Program-made: the position numbers and the translations under genes
The notes under the pieces: generated by a model
Databases searched by the model: none
What the model was told of the DNA's origin: nothing
What the model saw: the letters and a program-made list of their open reading frames with translations, nothing else
Shown: positions 27,396 through 39,871 of the stretch, piece by piece
How the letters are laid out: every line of letters begins with the position of its first letter
How positions within the stretch are numbered: position 1 is the stretch's first letter
Origin: Azolla caroliniana
Lineage: Eukaryota > Plantae > Polypodiophyta
DNA length: 64,000 bases
Direction of reading: 5' to 3'
Assembly (NCBI GenBank): GCA_043228905.1
Contig: JBHGNT010000009.1
Coordinates: 16,120,001-16,184,000, forward strand

Positions 27396-27768
27396 CCGTG
27401 AGGACCGCGCTCGCCGGGTTATCAATCAAAAGCTCAAATAGAAAACCGACGACTTCGACCGACTGCACCGGGATTATAAGCATTTGGATGCCGATCACAA
27501 GAAATTGACTACCGAAAGTGACCAACAATAGGAAAAGTGCAGAGAACTCCGGGAGAAAGTTAACCGATTGACGACAACAGTGCTAGAAGAGTAGTCGAAG
27601 GGGGCCAAAGTAGCGAAACAATTGGCGGCAGCAACGAAAGCGAGATTGGACTTGCAAGTGCAACACCATGTAGAAACGGAGCGCTCTACAATGACTTTGA
27701 ACAGAGTTCAGACGACATATCAGACCCAAATCATGCACTACAGAAGCCAAGAAGTGGCAACCGCAAGC

Positions 27769-28466
27769 TGTTAGGAAACATGTCCCTCCGGATGGGAAGT
27801 GAGAAGAACAGTACTGATGAGCACCGAGGCCGAAACCGGATGTGGAAGACCCGGCTACGGAAGACCCGGTGAGAACCGGATGTGGAGTACCCGACAACGG
27901 AAGACCCGGTGAGAACCGGATGACATGTGCTCGGCAAGCGCCGGACGATGCAGGCCAGGTGAGGAGTGCTCACCGAATGAATGATGTAGGCTTGGTGAGG
28001 AGTGCTCACCAGATGAAGCGACATATTCGTAAATATGTTTCTGAGAGTCCATTGGGGCTATATTTGTAAATAGCCGAAAAGTCATATTAGTATAAATATG
28101 ACTTAGGGCAAACTCTTTTATTATGTTGTTGTCATTCTTGTTGGCGCAAGATTAGAGCGCGCAATTGTGTACAGAGAGAGTGAGAGAGAGGAAGAGGTCG
28201 TTGCCTCTGTTGTAACCGCCGCCTGTGGCGAAGATAGAAAGCTCGAGGTCGTTGCTTCGGTGCTTTACCATTTGTACATTCTGACATAGTGATAGTTTGC
28301 AGTCTGTGGGCTGTCGTGGTTTTTTCCCTAGTTTGGGTTTTCCACGTTAACATCCTGTGTTCTCTTCTCTCCATTGTGTTGTGCATTCATTCCCCGTTTT
28401 TCTGTGTTTTGATTCTAAGCTCGGTTGTGGCCGAGCGTTGTTCATCAGGAGCGTGTGTTCCTGTCA
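27769..28466 (+). mobile_element. Copia solo LTR (698 bp), related to the 6718-12039 family
   Basis: TGTT...GTCA, TSD CAAGC. Shares TATAAATATGACTTAGGGCAAA and TTTCCACGTTAA with the reverse complement of LTR 6718-7321. Confidence 0.9.
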
Positions 28467-29332
28467 CAAGCCTGATCAAACAATTGAAGGATGAAAAACG
28501 GGTTGTGGAAAACAGTCGAAGATGGGTCTGGGGCCGATCCGGGACATCGTATTGGCATGGAGGAATCGATCGAAGCAATTGGTGGAAGAAAGCTAAGTAC
28601 AGTGGTGGTCAAAGTGGGCTAAGCAGGCAGCAGAGCTGCAGTTGCTGCGGACAGATGCGGAGAACCGGCGGAAAGAGGGCGACAAAGTTTACATCTTGGA
28701 TAAAGAAAGCATTGAAGCAATAAAAGAGGAACTGACGGATGATTTCATATCCTTGGCTGATGAGCAGAGGGTGGCGGTACGCCAGTTGGTGTCACAATTG
28801 GATGATGACCAGTTGGACAACCAACTCCGTTTCGAGAAGTAGGAACGGGAACGACGACGACAAGAAGTGGCCAAGAAAACTACGGCGATTAGCATCAGTG
28901 ACGAGGAGCCATCTTCAGAACAAACGCTGGTTAAAGCTGGGGGAAGCCGACCAAATAGTACACAGGAGGAGCCACTAAAGGAAGATCATCTGCAGGAACC
29001 AGTGAACATTGGACAACCGAACCAGGAGACGCTAAGACCGGTAGAGCCGGAAAAGGAGGAAGGGCCGGTAAGACCAGTTGAGCCGGAAATGGATACAGAG
29101 CCGGTCAGACCGACAGAGCTGTAGGCAACAGACAACCAGCAGCAGCCATAGTCGGAGCCGGTGCGACAAGAAGAGCAGCCACAACCGCAGGAACAATAGG
29201 CGGAGGAACAACAACGACAACAAATTACAGAACAACTTCCCGAAGAACCATTGGAACCCTTAGATCAGAGCATTCTGGACATTTTGGAGGACGAATGAAG
29301 GCTGGATCGTGGGATTTGACGTACAAGGTACT

Positions 29333-29349
29333 GTCCCACGGGCGTGCCA
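29333..29349 (+). other. tRNA 3'-end mimic (antisense PBS) at the PPT position
   Basis: GTCCCACGGGCGTGCCA, 2 nt before the 3' LTR at 29352. No purine tract present. Confidence 0.75.
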
Positions 29350-29351
29350 TG

Positions 29352-30523
29352 TGTTAGCTGGCCGGCAAGGGTAGTCCAGAATGGGAAACGAGGGGATAAT
29401 TAATAATCGGGTGCTGATTATATATTTATATAGAACTATTATGAATTAAGAAGCAAACGGATGGACACGGAATCGGTATGCCGATCCGGATCCGAACTCG
29501 GACCGGTTCGTAGCTGGTTGCCGATTGGCACCGATTTGTACCTAAAACCGGAGACCTATAAAAAGGGCCCGGTTAGATTGTAATCAGGAGTGGATAATTA
29601 ATAGAGTGTTGTTGTTCTATATCTTAATCATTGTTAATTACCTGTGCTAAGTGTAATTTATCCTACGCTGTCGTAGTGTATTCCACACACTACGTGAAAA
29701 CCATAAAATAATATATCCGATTTTAGATACATATAAATAAATAAATAATATATCAAAACATTTATCACGTGCATAGGGCAAGATTCAAACCCTGCACCTC
29801 CACATAGATAAACCCCAACTTTACCATTGTAATAACTTATCTTTAGTGTTATATATATAGATTTAATATATATAAGACCTTTATTTACATATACCTTTAT
29901 TAAAAGGTAAAAATCATGTATTCTTTAGGGTGTGAATATTTTATTTACACGTGACATTAAAAGTGACTCATGCACATCTAGCGTGCATGAGCCCTATACT
30001 TAGGAAATGACAAAGCATCACATGCACATTTAGTGTGCATGGACACAGTTGGTGAAAAAGCATGAAGCCATGCTTAGCCTCTTCCATCTTTATATAAGGA
30101 GGAGAGAAATATGTATAAGGTTGTTGATTAATATACAAGGATTGATCAATCTAATATATTCGTGGGATTCACGAATTTTTCCATCTAAATTACTCTTATA
30201 ATCTAAATATTGTTTTAAATACACTAAACTCGTGGGATTCACGAGATTGCTATCTTACTTCTCTTTCCACTATTCATAACTAGCCTTAAGTTGTATTCCT
30301 CTTCCTCCTAGTCAAAAACCTCGGCGGTTCCCACCCGACTCACGCAACGATCCGGAGCCGAAGGGCACGACAACGCGTGTATTATGACTAATGATATTGC
30401 CGCTAGTAACCAATTAGGGTTCCATTAATAGTCGGTCTAACTCTATCTCACCGCAACACCCTTTGGTGAAGTGTCTCAAGGGAACACCTTGTGTTAGGCC
30501 ATTGTCTGGCCCTAGCGATAACA
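29352..30523 (+). repeat. 3' LTR of the 18006 element, interrupted by a solo LTR
   Basis: Direct repeat of 18006-18474, split at TSD ACGC. Confidence 0.92.
29669..30372 (+). mobile_element. Solo LTR (704 bp), 4-bp TSD lineage
   Basis: TGTCGT...CACGACA, perfect TSD ACGC (29665-29668, 30373-30376). Confidence 0.9.
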
Positions 30524-30659
30524 AACACAACTGTACAACCCGCCACCAAGGGCATCCTCGATATTTTGAGAGAAGAGTGAGTGTACCATAGCCATTTTAC
30601 GACTCTTTTTCATTTTTTGGGTTTGACGTGCTAAGGCACTGTCCCACGAGCGTGCCGGA

Positions 30660-31200
30660 TGTTGCCCGTGGGCCAATTTTGTAAATTAAGTATGAAATGA
30701 ATCCAAGGTAGGCAAAGATAGGTAAAGACAACTGAAATCAGGAAGTTAACGAAGAACATAGCCAGCCGTAATACGTGCAACCGAAAACGAGGGGAGAGTA
30801 AAGCACGCAGAGCGAGAAGAAGAAAAGAACTATAAAAACGTGGAGCAGAACGAAGATGAAGGGAGAGAGAGAAGATCTTATTAGCTGAGATAGCATATTC
30901 TGATACATAACTATATTTACTTCTGTCATAATTCCGGCCGTGAGCCATGTACAATGTTTTTGGAATAATAATACATATATAAATTTGGGTCAATACTCTG
31001 CTCTGTGTTAAGATCAATACGTAATTATCAATTCTTGAATTAAGATCTTGTCTACGACTGAGTACACTAAATGTTCGTTACACGAATGGGTTGTCGAGCA
31101 ATCCAACACGTATTTTGTTGTGTTCACCACGTACCACAACCCCCTTGGTCTGATTTTGGTAAAGGAATCAAAGGTGTTGCTTCTGCAAAGGGAGATAACA
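30660..31200 (+). repeat. Probable 3' LTR of the host gypsy
   Basis: Starts TGTTG 2 nt after the tRNA-like motif, has TATAAAA near 30830, ends GATAACA like related LTRs, then copia RT sequence begins. No partner LTR in the window. Confidence 0.65.
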
Positions 31201-31745
31201 CCAACTAACTGTTTGGCAACACCAATCCAATACAACAACCCTTTGTCCTTAGTGTCGCTGACATAGTGGCGTATTTGTTGGGCGCACTGAAACTGCTATG
31301 TGGTCAGTTGGGACATGACCTGACTGATCAAGTTGGGACATGGCCTGACTGATCAAGCCGACCGGGTAGTTGTGGTCCGGTCGGGTGATTGTCAGATATA
31401 TAAGGCTTCTGACTATTTGTCGGAACCATTTCGGGTCACACGTCGTTTCGAAGTTGGGGTGAAGCTTGACATTTCTATCTAGAGGAGTTGTGATGGATTT
31501 ACACTCCATCATCTTGAACTTGAAGAGCATACTTAGCACATAATGTCGTTGGATGATTAGTATGCCTTCGGAGGTGCGGGCCACTTCGATACCAAAGAAG
31601 TAATTAAGGTCCCCTAGATCCTTCATGTCGAATGATGCCGCTAGTTGGGACTTCGCACAACCGATTTCCTCTAGGTCGGTACCAATGATGACTAAATCAT
31701 CAACATAAAGTAAGAGACTTACCAACCCATTCCGACCTTCCATGC
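31201..31745 (-). pseudogene. Copia family A RT fragment
   Basis: LLLYVDDLVI..FDMKDLGDLNYFFGIEV..SLIYLTITRPD. Confidence 0.85.
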
Positions 31746-32528
31746 GATTTTCACACCGTTGCCGAAAATTTTCATGACAGCGCGATCTAGAGATCACGCA
31801 CCGTCTTCGTCAGCTCCTCCAAAGGTGCGCCCCCGGATAGTCCTTCAACCACGTTGGTTGGAACCAGCCTCGACTCAAGCCACCTTCTCGTTTCTTCTGA
31901 CCGGGTCAAGATCTCCTCTGCTCTCCCCCCGGCAGTTGGGCCGCCTGACGATGTTCGGACGTCATTCCAATCGCGCCATTTGTCGAAATGGCTGCAAACT
32001 CTTTTAACTATGGCCCAGTTGGTTGTCAACCCTTCATCCGTCTCCAAGAGGAGACCCACCTTCTTGTGGTCAAGCAAGTTGACTGACTTCACAAATAGTA
32101 GGACCTTGCTCGTATCGAGCACGGTCCAGTCTAGTATCGAGATTTGCATGAATCGGTGTTCTGGCCTTTGTCGGGGAGCTCGACCCACTCCATGAATCCC
32201 TCTTTGACAACTGTAGCGAGACGTCAAAGCTGTACCTCTCGAGGAGTCACTCCTCGAGGTTCGACCATCGTCAAAGCCGTACCTCTCGAGGAATCACGCA
32301 GACTATCGTCTTGATGGTCCTGTCAAGGCCACCGACGCTTTGACGAGTGTTCGCAATGCATTCGACAGCCACCGTCATTGCCTATGCTAGCTCGCTTCCT
32401 CTCATCTTCAAACTCCTTTGCCACCCCTTTTCACGTCGGGTTCATCAAATATGTTACGGTTTTCCACGCATGCGGGTTGAAACGGGGTGGGACCACCGGG
32501 GTCACGGATCAAGGAGCCGATGAAAGAG
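31746..32528 (-). pseudogene. Fragment of tRNA-Trp lineage: LTR end, PBS, degraded gag
   Basis: PBS-like TGATGAACCCGACGTG (32432-32447). Gag KVLLFVKSVN..GLTTNWAIVKRVCSHF is similar to 51988-53511. Confidence 0.7.
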
Positions 32529-33525
32529 TGTTGAGCGGACAAGCTCAACCGCATCCGGATCGGCTGAATAAGCCAGAGCCGAATCGGGTTCTAGGATCGG
32601 AGAATCGGATTGGTATCTGGAACCAATAGCCAGATCGGGTTGTTACCGGTAGGCCGTTAGAGGCCTACAATCCTAGCCTAGTACGTAGGCATATTCCTTG
32701 GAGTTAGTGCGAGTCGCTCATATTAGCATTGAAGAACTCAGTCCTTTTAAGGACTTGTATAAAGGTGTTCTGTATCTGAACATTTGCATGTACAGAGTGT
32801 TACTATTTTGAATTAAGTTTATGCTATTCTGCTCTCTCTGTCTCTCATGTGTATTGTGTATTCTTAAGCTTCCATTAAACCTTCATTTCCGTTGTAATGT
32901 TGTTATCCGGCTGAGCAGGTTTATCTAAGCTTCCGCATATTAACTCTCACATGGTATCAGAGCGCGAGGGTTGAGAATCCTCTACTGCTGACGAGTGACG
33001 CTCACAGACAAACCCTAACACCCGGTAAAGAACAAGAAGGAAGATATGGACAAAAGCATGGCGAGCTCGCTTCTAATAGAAATGCTTGACTGGAGCAACT
33101 ATGTGTCCTGATCGTATAAAATGCACCAGTACCTGTTGGGGCATGGATATTGGAGCTACGTGGAAGGAGAAAATGAAGCAGCGCCGGATTTGGCACACAA
33201 GGACTTTCCAGTATGGGAGCAAGGAGCGAGCAGAGTGTTGTATTGCCTTGCGTCCTATGTGCACGATCAGATGCTCGACTACATCAGAGATGCAAAGTCA
33301 CTGAAGGAGGCCTGGGAAAATCTCCGAAAGATGCTTGGAAGTTGCAGATGTGGCAAGAACTCAATAGTATCTGACAACAGGACATGACGGTTACTGACTA
33401 CATGACCAAGATCAAGGAGATCTGTGATGCGCTCCGTTCCATCAACGTGATGGTGGACGAAGACGAGATGGTGCGGATCTACCTCGGTGGTCTAGCACAA
33501 TGGTACAGGCCAATCCGGACAACCG
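32529..33525 (+). mobile_element. Copia family A 5' fragment: LTR 32529-32951, iMet PBS, gag
   Basis: LTR starts TGTTGAGCGGACAAGCTCAAC like 47626-48043 (minus). TGGTATCAGAGC at 32952-32963. MHQYLLGHGYWSYVEG. Confidence 0.85.
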
Positions 33526-33699
33526 GAGCAACCAAGAGTTATCTAAACCGAAGACGACACTCCTGAGTCCTCACCCAATCGAGGCATGTCGGAGAAGTTC
33601 CCCTCAGCCATGTCGGATAGAGAGGGAAGCTCATGAATGTGTTGAACGTTTCGACAGATCGACTATGCGGATCAATGAGTTAGCAGTTTTGCTGACTAA

Positions 33700-36600
33700 A
33701 TAAAAAATACGAATATTAATTAGGGTTAGTTAGAGTTTTGTTAGTTCTTGCCAATAAGGCAAATTGTAATTCTTGATAGACCGACCTATCGGGTTACTTA
33801 TAAAAAGGAACCCAAGGCAATGTAACACTATCGTCTATTTTAGTTAATATAGTTTTTAGTTGTAGGAATTCTGAGCACTTGTAGGAATATTTATATAGAT
33901 CTATATTTATAGGAATATTTTTAGTTGTAGGAATATTTATATAGATCTATATGTTGTTCTACTGTAACTGTACTAACTAACAAAATCGATCACGATACAG
34001 AATACGGTATCGTAGGATATGATTAACATAGTTTAATCCATTCGTACACTACAATTCTTTGATAGAACGTTCAGAACAGAACGTTTGACTTTACTGATTG
34101 TCGGTGACAGAGTAGGCTATCGACCGAACAACACAGTAATTTTGGCACATCCGATTACATTTGCATTTAGCAGAGAATAGTCAAATGGATGTCGTTTGGT
34201 CCGGATACACCAATCGGTTGTAAACATCCTCGTACACGATCAATTATGAAGCGTGTCGAAGAGGATTCTGCTACTTTTGATCAACAACAAACAAGTCGGA
34301 GGTGGTCTTTAATCTCTGACTTAACCGACAGTCAGTCAGACGGAAATCAGTCTGAAGAGGTATCATTTTACGATATCTGGAGTGAAGACAATATGCCTTA
34401 CCCTTACTTGAAATATCGCGATGGCGCTGACGGAGAAACGCATATTAGGGACTTTTTGACAACATGGGAAATAAACCATGGAGCTCAGAGACTGTCGGTG
34501 GCTGCCGAGGATAAGTCTAAAATTGCTAAGTTTGTTTTGTAATTAGATGGCCAGTCGGAAAATTGGTTTGCTCAAAATGGTTTCCGAGCGTTTGAAGCAA
34601 TCGAACAATTAACCAACAAATTTATTCAATTATTTCATCAACAGATTCCTCAGAAAGATTTGATAGCCCAATTTTATGCATCGTATCAAGAACCGCATGA
34701 AACGGTGTCATAGTTCGTCATTCAATTTCAGAATCTACAGCTCCAAATTTCTAGGTAAATTCCAGATCAGGAATTAAAGGATGTCTTTTTGGAGGCAATC
34801 CGTGAACCACTACGAACAACATTAGTAGTGTTCGATTTCCAGCATCAGCCAATTGATCAAGTGATTGATAAGCCAATTGCTATGGATCGGAATCACAAAA
34901 ATAAAAAAAGTATGGATATGTCAGCATTACACCATAATCTGCCGACTTTAGAGGAGTTACAGTTTCGACAAGCAATGCAATGTACCACTTGTCTCAACAC
35001 TGGGCATTCAACAATAGAATGCAATCTACGCACTCATTGCACAATCTGTCACTCCAAAGCTCACTCCGTAGAGCAATGTGAATATAATTTTCTTAATAAA
35101 GCAACATCGTCTGTACGACAAATTCGTCTGGAGAATGGTTACCAAGACAACCGTAACAGGTTCAACAATAGGTATCAGGAGGATGATCGGTATGATAATC
35201 GAAATTATTTGGACAGGCGACCGAATAATGATTGGAATGATTACAGGCAAAACGATAGTTATGATTCGACTCGTGATGAAGATCGACATCATGATTATCG
35301 AAGAGATGATTGCAATAATCAGGATCAAGATTTCTCACCACCTTGAGATAATGGTCGTCAGCAATATAAAGGGGGTCGTTATTAGAATAAACAAAATCGA
35401 CCATCCAACAAAAAATTTCATAAGCCAAAAGCGTCTAGGCAATTTCAACATGATTCTCATATAGAAAACCCGAATTTCAATGATGCTAGAAATCTACAAT
35501 TTGAATAGGATGAATCCAATGGTTCATTAATCCCAAATTTCTATATTTGCAGGAAAGATGGGCATTATGCAAATCAATGTCCGACTAAAGACAAGGGAAA
35601 AGCTCCTGGTGTTCATATGGTGGTTCCAGAAATTCAGCAGGTAACTACCAGAAGTAAAGGTAAGCAATCAGAATGGGAAATCTAGGAAGCTGTTAGAAAA
35701 GTAGCCAAAGAATGGGTTGAAGAAACAAATAAAAATAATGCGTCCAGAATGCTAGTGGATAATGAGATAAACCAAGTAAACGAGCTACCTGGATCAGTAC
35801 CAGTACAAGAACGGGAAGAAGCTTGAAAATCTTGGCAGATTGTCAAGTTTCATTACCCTTAACCGGTTTATTGAAATTAGTTCCACGGTTCACGGAGAAA
35901 GTGGCCACTTTGATTGCACAGAAAGGGGTAGAACAAGTATCCATTAATTATAATCAACCAAACAATAGTCAGACAATTATGATGAGAAAAATCCATCAAT
36001 AAAAGTAATAATTCATTGACAAAGAAATAGATGGGACTATTGTAGATGGCGGATCAGGAGTAAATGTAATCAATAAAACTACATGTGATAAGCTTGGTAT
36101 CGCTAAATGGGAGGCATGTCCATTCTAGTTACAAATGGCTGATACCAGTATGGTACGACCACTCGGCTTAACCAGACAACCAAATGTCATTTTAGGGGGA
36201 CATACTTTTCAAATATTAGCAATAATGCTTCAGTTGGAGGCTCCTAGAGCATATCCCTTGTTATTAGGCCGACCATGGTTAAAGACTGCAAATATTAAGT
36301 AGAACTGGAATAAGAATTTATTAACATTCCAAAAAGGAAAGAATAAAATTCAGGGTGTCCACTCAACATAAGGTGAGTACAAGTCGGCAATGTTTGCCAG
36401 TTCATGCAGAGGCAATCAATATGATGGAGGGATTGGATGAAGCTGAGGAGAATAATTATTTCAATGACAACAGGGTGACATACCAATAGATGATAAAACG
36501 ATGAAAGAGATTCGCCTTTAGCAAGAAGCTACCAAAAAAGAAATGAAGGTATCGCAAAGAGTTCAAGCTTCGACATTGGAAGGAGTAAATTTAGCCGATG

Positions 36601-38685
36601 AAGGCATAACACTTGAACCAAAAACAATACTGATCGCTAAGGAAATGTTGTCATATGACAAACGACTCATCGGCTTACTCAAATAGTATAAAGATGTATT
36701 CACTTGGTCCTTCGAAGACATGAAAGGACTGGATCCAGCCTTTTGTCAACATCAAATTAATCTTCACAAAGATGCAAAGCCAGTCCAATAACGATGGTAT
36801 CGTCTAAACCCAAACTATGCAATTAAAGTAAAAGAAGAAATAGATGAACTGCTCAAGGTTGGGTTTATTTGGCCAGTAAAAAAGGCTACATGGTTAAGTC
36901 CGATTGTGGTCATACCAAAGAAAAACGGCAAGATTCGGGTTTATGTTGACTATCAGAAACTTAATGCAGTGACGGTGATAGATGCGTTTCCACTACCGTT
37001 CATCGACGGTGTATTAGATGCAGTCGCCAGTCACGAAATGTACAGTTTCCTAGATGGCTTTAGTGGATATAATCAAGTAAGAATGCACCCGGATGATCAA
37101 GAAAAAACCTCCTTTGTCACTGAATGGGGAGTATTTTGTGGCCCTCATAATGATGTTTGGTTTAAAAACGGCCCCAACCACATTTCAAAGAGTAATACAA
37201 TAATTTTTTGGTGATTACATTCCTGTGTTCATGCAAGTTTTCTTACACGATTTCGCCGTCTATAGTCGGAAGTCAGAGCACTTCGAACATTTACGATTAT
37301 GTTTGGAATATTGTCGGAAAGGTAGGCTTAGCTTAAATCCGGCTAAATGTGCGTTTGGAGTCACAAGCGGAACAATATTAGGGCACATTGTCAGTCAAGA
37401 AGGAATTGCAGTCGACCTGGATAAAGTTCGGGCAATAATGGATGCACCGGCACCAACCAATGCAAAAAGCCTTAGTTGAGTTTTAGGTCAGATAAGATGG
37501 CACAGCCGGATGATAAGATACCTTGTTGATGTCGCAATACCATTGCATACAACGGTACATAAAACACCTTTTTAATGGACGACTGTCGAACAAGATGCAT
37601 ATGATTGTCTGAAGAAAATGCTTTCTAAAGTCCCAGTAGTGCAACCTCCTGACTGGAACACGCCTTTTGATGTGTTCGTCGATGCATCGGATGTAGCAAT
37701 TGGAAGCTCACTAATGCAATTGTCTGAACCAAATTGGTATCGACCAGTATATTACGCAAGTCAAATAATTCCTTTCCACGGTGGAAAGGAATTATTCGAC
37801 AACTGAAAAAGAAGCTTTAGGAATGGTGTACAATATTAATAAATTCTGGCATTACCTTTTAGGGAGGAAATTCACTTTTCATGTTGACCATTCCTCTTTA
37901 CTCTATTTAGTGTCTAAACAAGAACTTACAGGCAAATTAGCAAGATGGACATTATTGCTCCAAGAGTTCTAATTTGACATTCTCCATCGACCAAGAGTAC
38001 AACATGTTGTCTCGGATTACCTTAGCCGGTGGGAATCAGGAGAAGAAGGAATGGGCGTAAAAGATGATTTTCCGGATGGCCAACTCTTCAGAGTTGACAC
38101 AATTTCCGTCCATCAGATAAATGAAGAACTGGCTTATGCATGGATTACATAGATGAGAATTTTTCTCACAACGAGATTACCACCCAAACATATGTCCATT
38201 GATGAAAGGAAACGGCTCGTTGTTCGGAGTCGAAATTTTTGTCTCTTAAACGACACTTTATATCACAAAGGGGCTGACGGTATTTGGCGGCGTATGGTTT
38301 GATAGTTCCAGAAGGAAGCAATTCTACGAGAAACTCACTGCGGTGTTGCTAGTGGACATTATGTAGGAGAAACAACGGCTAGGAAAATTTGGAATAGTGG
38401 GTTATGGTGGCTGACAACAACAAAAGATGAAGTCGAATACTGTCGACAATACGATTTATGTCAAATAATTGGACAACCAACAAAAAAGGATAGAATGCCT
38501 TTTCAACCAATATTACCCTTAGAACCATTTCAAAACTGGGGATTGGATTTTGTCGGTTCATTTAAACCGGTAGTTGTACGAATAGGGAATCGTTACATCA
38601 TAGTCGCTACGGACTACTGCACAAAATAGGTGGAGGCTAAACCTTTGAGAGCTAACACGACAACATCAACATCTAAATTCTTATA
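33700..38685 (+). mobile_element. Heavily decayed Athila/Tat-like gypsy (LTR remnant, gag, PR, RT, RH, partial INT)
   Basis: LTR-like end at ~34133, TGGCACATCCG PBS-like at 34143, CTTCLNTGHSTIEC, FLDGFSGYNQV, truncated in integrase at ~38685. Left boundary approximate. Confidence 0.8.
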
Positions 38686-39320
38686 TGAAAGGATTAAGAA
38701 GTCGACACGGAGTAGAAAGGATTAAGAAGATAAAGAAATGTGAGCTACGTCAACTAGAAGCTATGGTTGGGGTCCTTTTACATTGGGGCCACAGGCCACA
38801 TCCACATCGAAACCCTTTGACCTCCCGCTTCTCTTCGAGAGACTTGGATGGAAATGAAATTAGGCCTAGTATAACATCATTTTCATTGTAGAACATGTTT
38901 GTTATTTTATTTTACTAGCACTATTTAGCTTAAAACTCTAGTTTTATTTTTATTTTTTACTTTCGATGAAAGGGTAAATATCCCATTTTTTGTTGTAAAC
39001 CATTTGTCTCATGGGCCATTTTGGCCTTAGAAGACGTTAATATATCTTTCTTTCTTTCTCTTGTGCTCTGTACTGACTCCAGGAAGAAGGTGAAGCTTCC
39101 GCTCGCGTAGGAAGCCCGTGACCTCCCGACCAGAGGTTCATCGTCCTGAGTTTCTGTGTGTGTGCATGTCTCGAGAGCGCGTAGCTTTGATACGAGCCAT
39201 GTCTGGTTGTATTCTGTTAGGAATATGTCCCTCCAGTGGGAGGAGCCAATTGTTCGGGCCAAGAACTGCCGACAGTCGAAGACTAGGTAGGAGGATCAAA
39301 CTGCTCGGGCCGAGTACCGA

Positions 39321-39871
39321 TGTCATGAAGACATACATCTTGGCTTATCATGACATTCATCTTGGCGAACCAGGAATCGAACCCATAACCTCTTGGTTTA
39401 CATATTGTACTTAAACCATTGTAATAACATATGTGAGATGTAATCATAATAATTATATGTTTAGTTATTACGAGATATTTAGAACATTCTAGATTATTCT
39501 AGAATGTTCTTGAATATTTCATGATTATATTTATTATTATTATTATTCATAAATATCTAAAATATTCTAGAACATTCTAGAATACTCCATAAGGGCCTAT
39601 AAATAAGAGTCCATACACTCATCACAACTCATTCGGTTCAACACCAGTCTTTAGCCCTTAGCCTACTCCTTGTAATCTTCTTTCTCATAATATAATCTCA
39701 TTCCCATTTCTTATCTCTCACTTATACTTTTCTCTCTCTCGCACTCTCTCCCTCTTTCACTCTCTCTTTTGCTATCACTATCGCTATCTCTACCGCTCTC
39801 GCCATCTCTATCGTTATCGTTATCTCTATCGCCATCGCTCTCTCTCTGCTTCCTACTCAAGAGTCACGACA
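39321..39871 (+). repeat. 5' LTR of Tcn1-like element
   Basis: TGTCATG...CACGACA, TATAAATA at 39598-39605. Confidence 0.96.

Larger units (their letters stand above)
24679..29298 (+). pseudogene. Extra post-pol ORF (conserved N-terminal domain + coiled coil), interrupted
   Basis: LSEAAKKWLKQHGLEGFL, LFREIARVLHEYGHVYPRPP, QKDR|EDRAR, ends DQSILDILEDE*. Homologous to 57187-60130 (minus). Confidence 0.8.
18006..30523 (+). mobile_element. Full-length degenerate Athila/Tat-like gypsy with extra 3' ORF; carries three nested solo LTRs
   Basis: 5' LTR 18006-18474, 3' LTR 29352-30523 (interrupted), gag with zinc knuckles, IVDGG protease, RT FLDGFSGYNQI/FLDD, RNase H, integrase with GPY. Decayed TSD GACAT/AACAC. 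Confidence 0.9.
6286..31200 (+). mobile_element. Host non-chromovirus (Athila/Tat-like) gypsy, 5'-truncated, interrupted by nested insertions
   Basis: RT 6286-6717 resumes at 12045, RNase H/integrase 13411-14874, extra ORF ~15300-18005 resumes at ~30529 (…KGILDILREE*), 3' LTR ~30660-31200. Confidence 0.8.
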
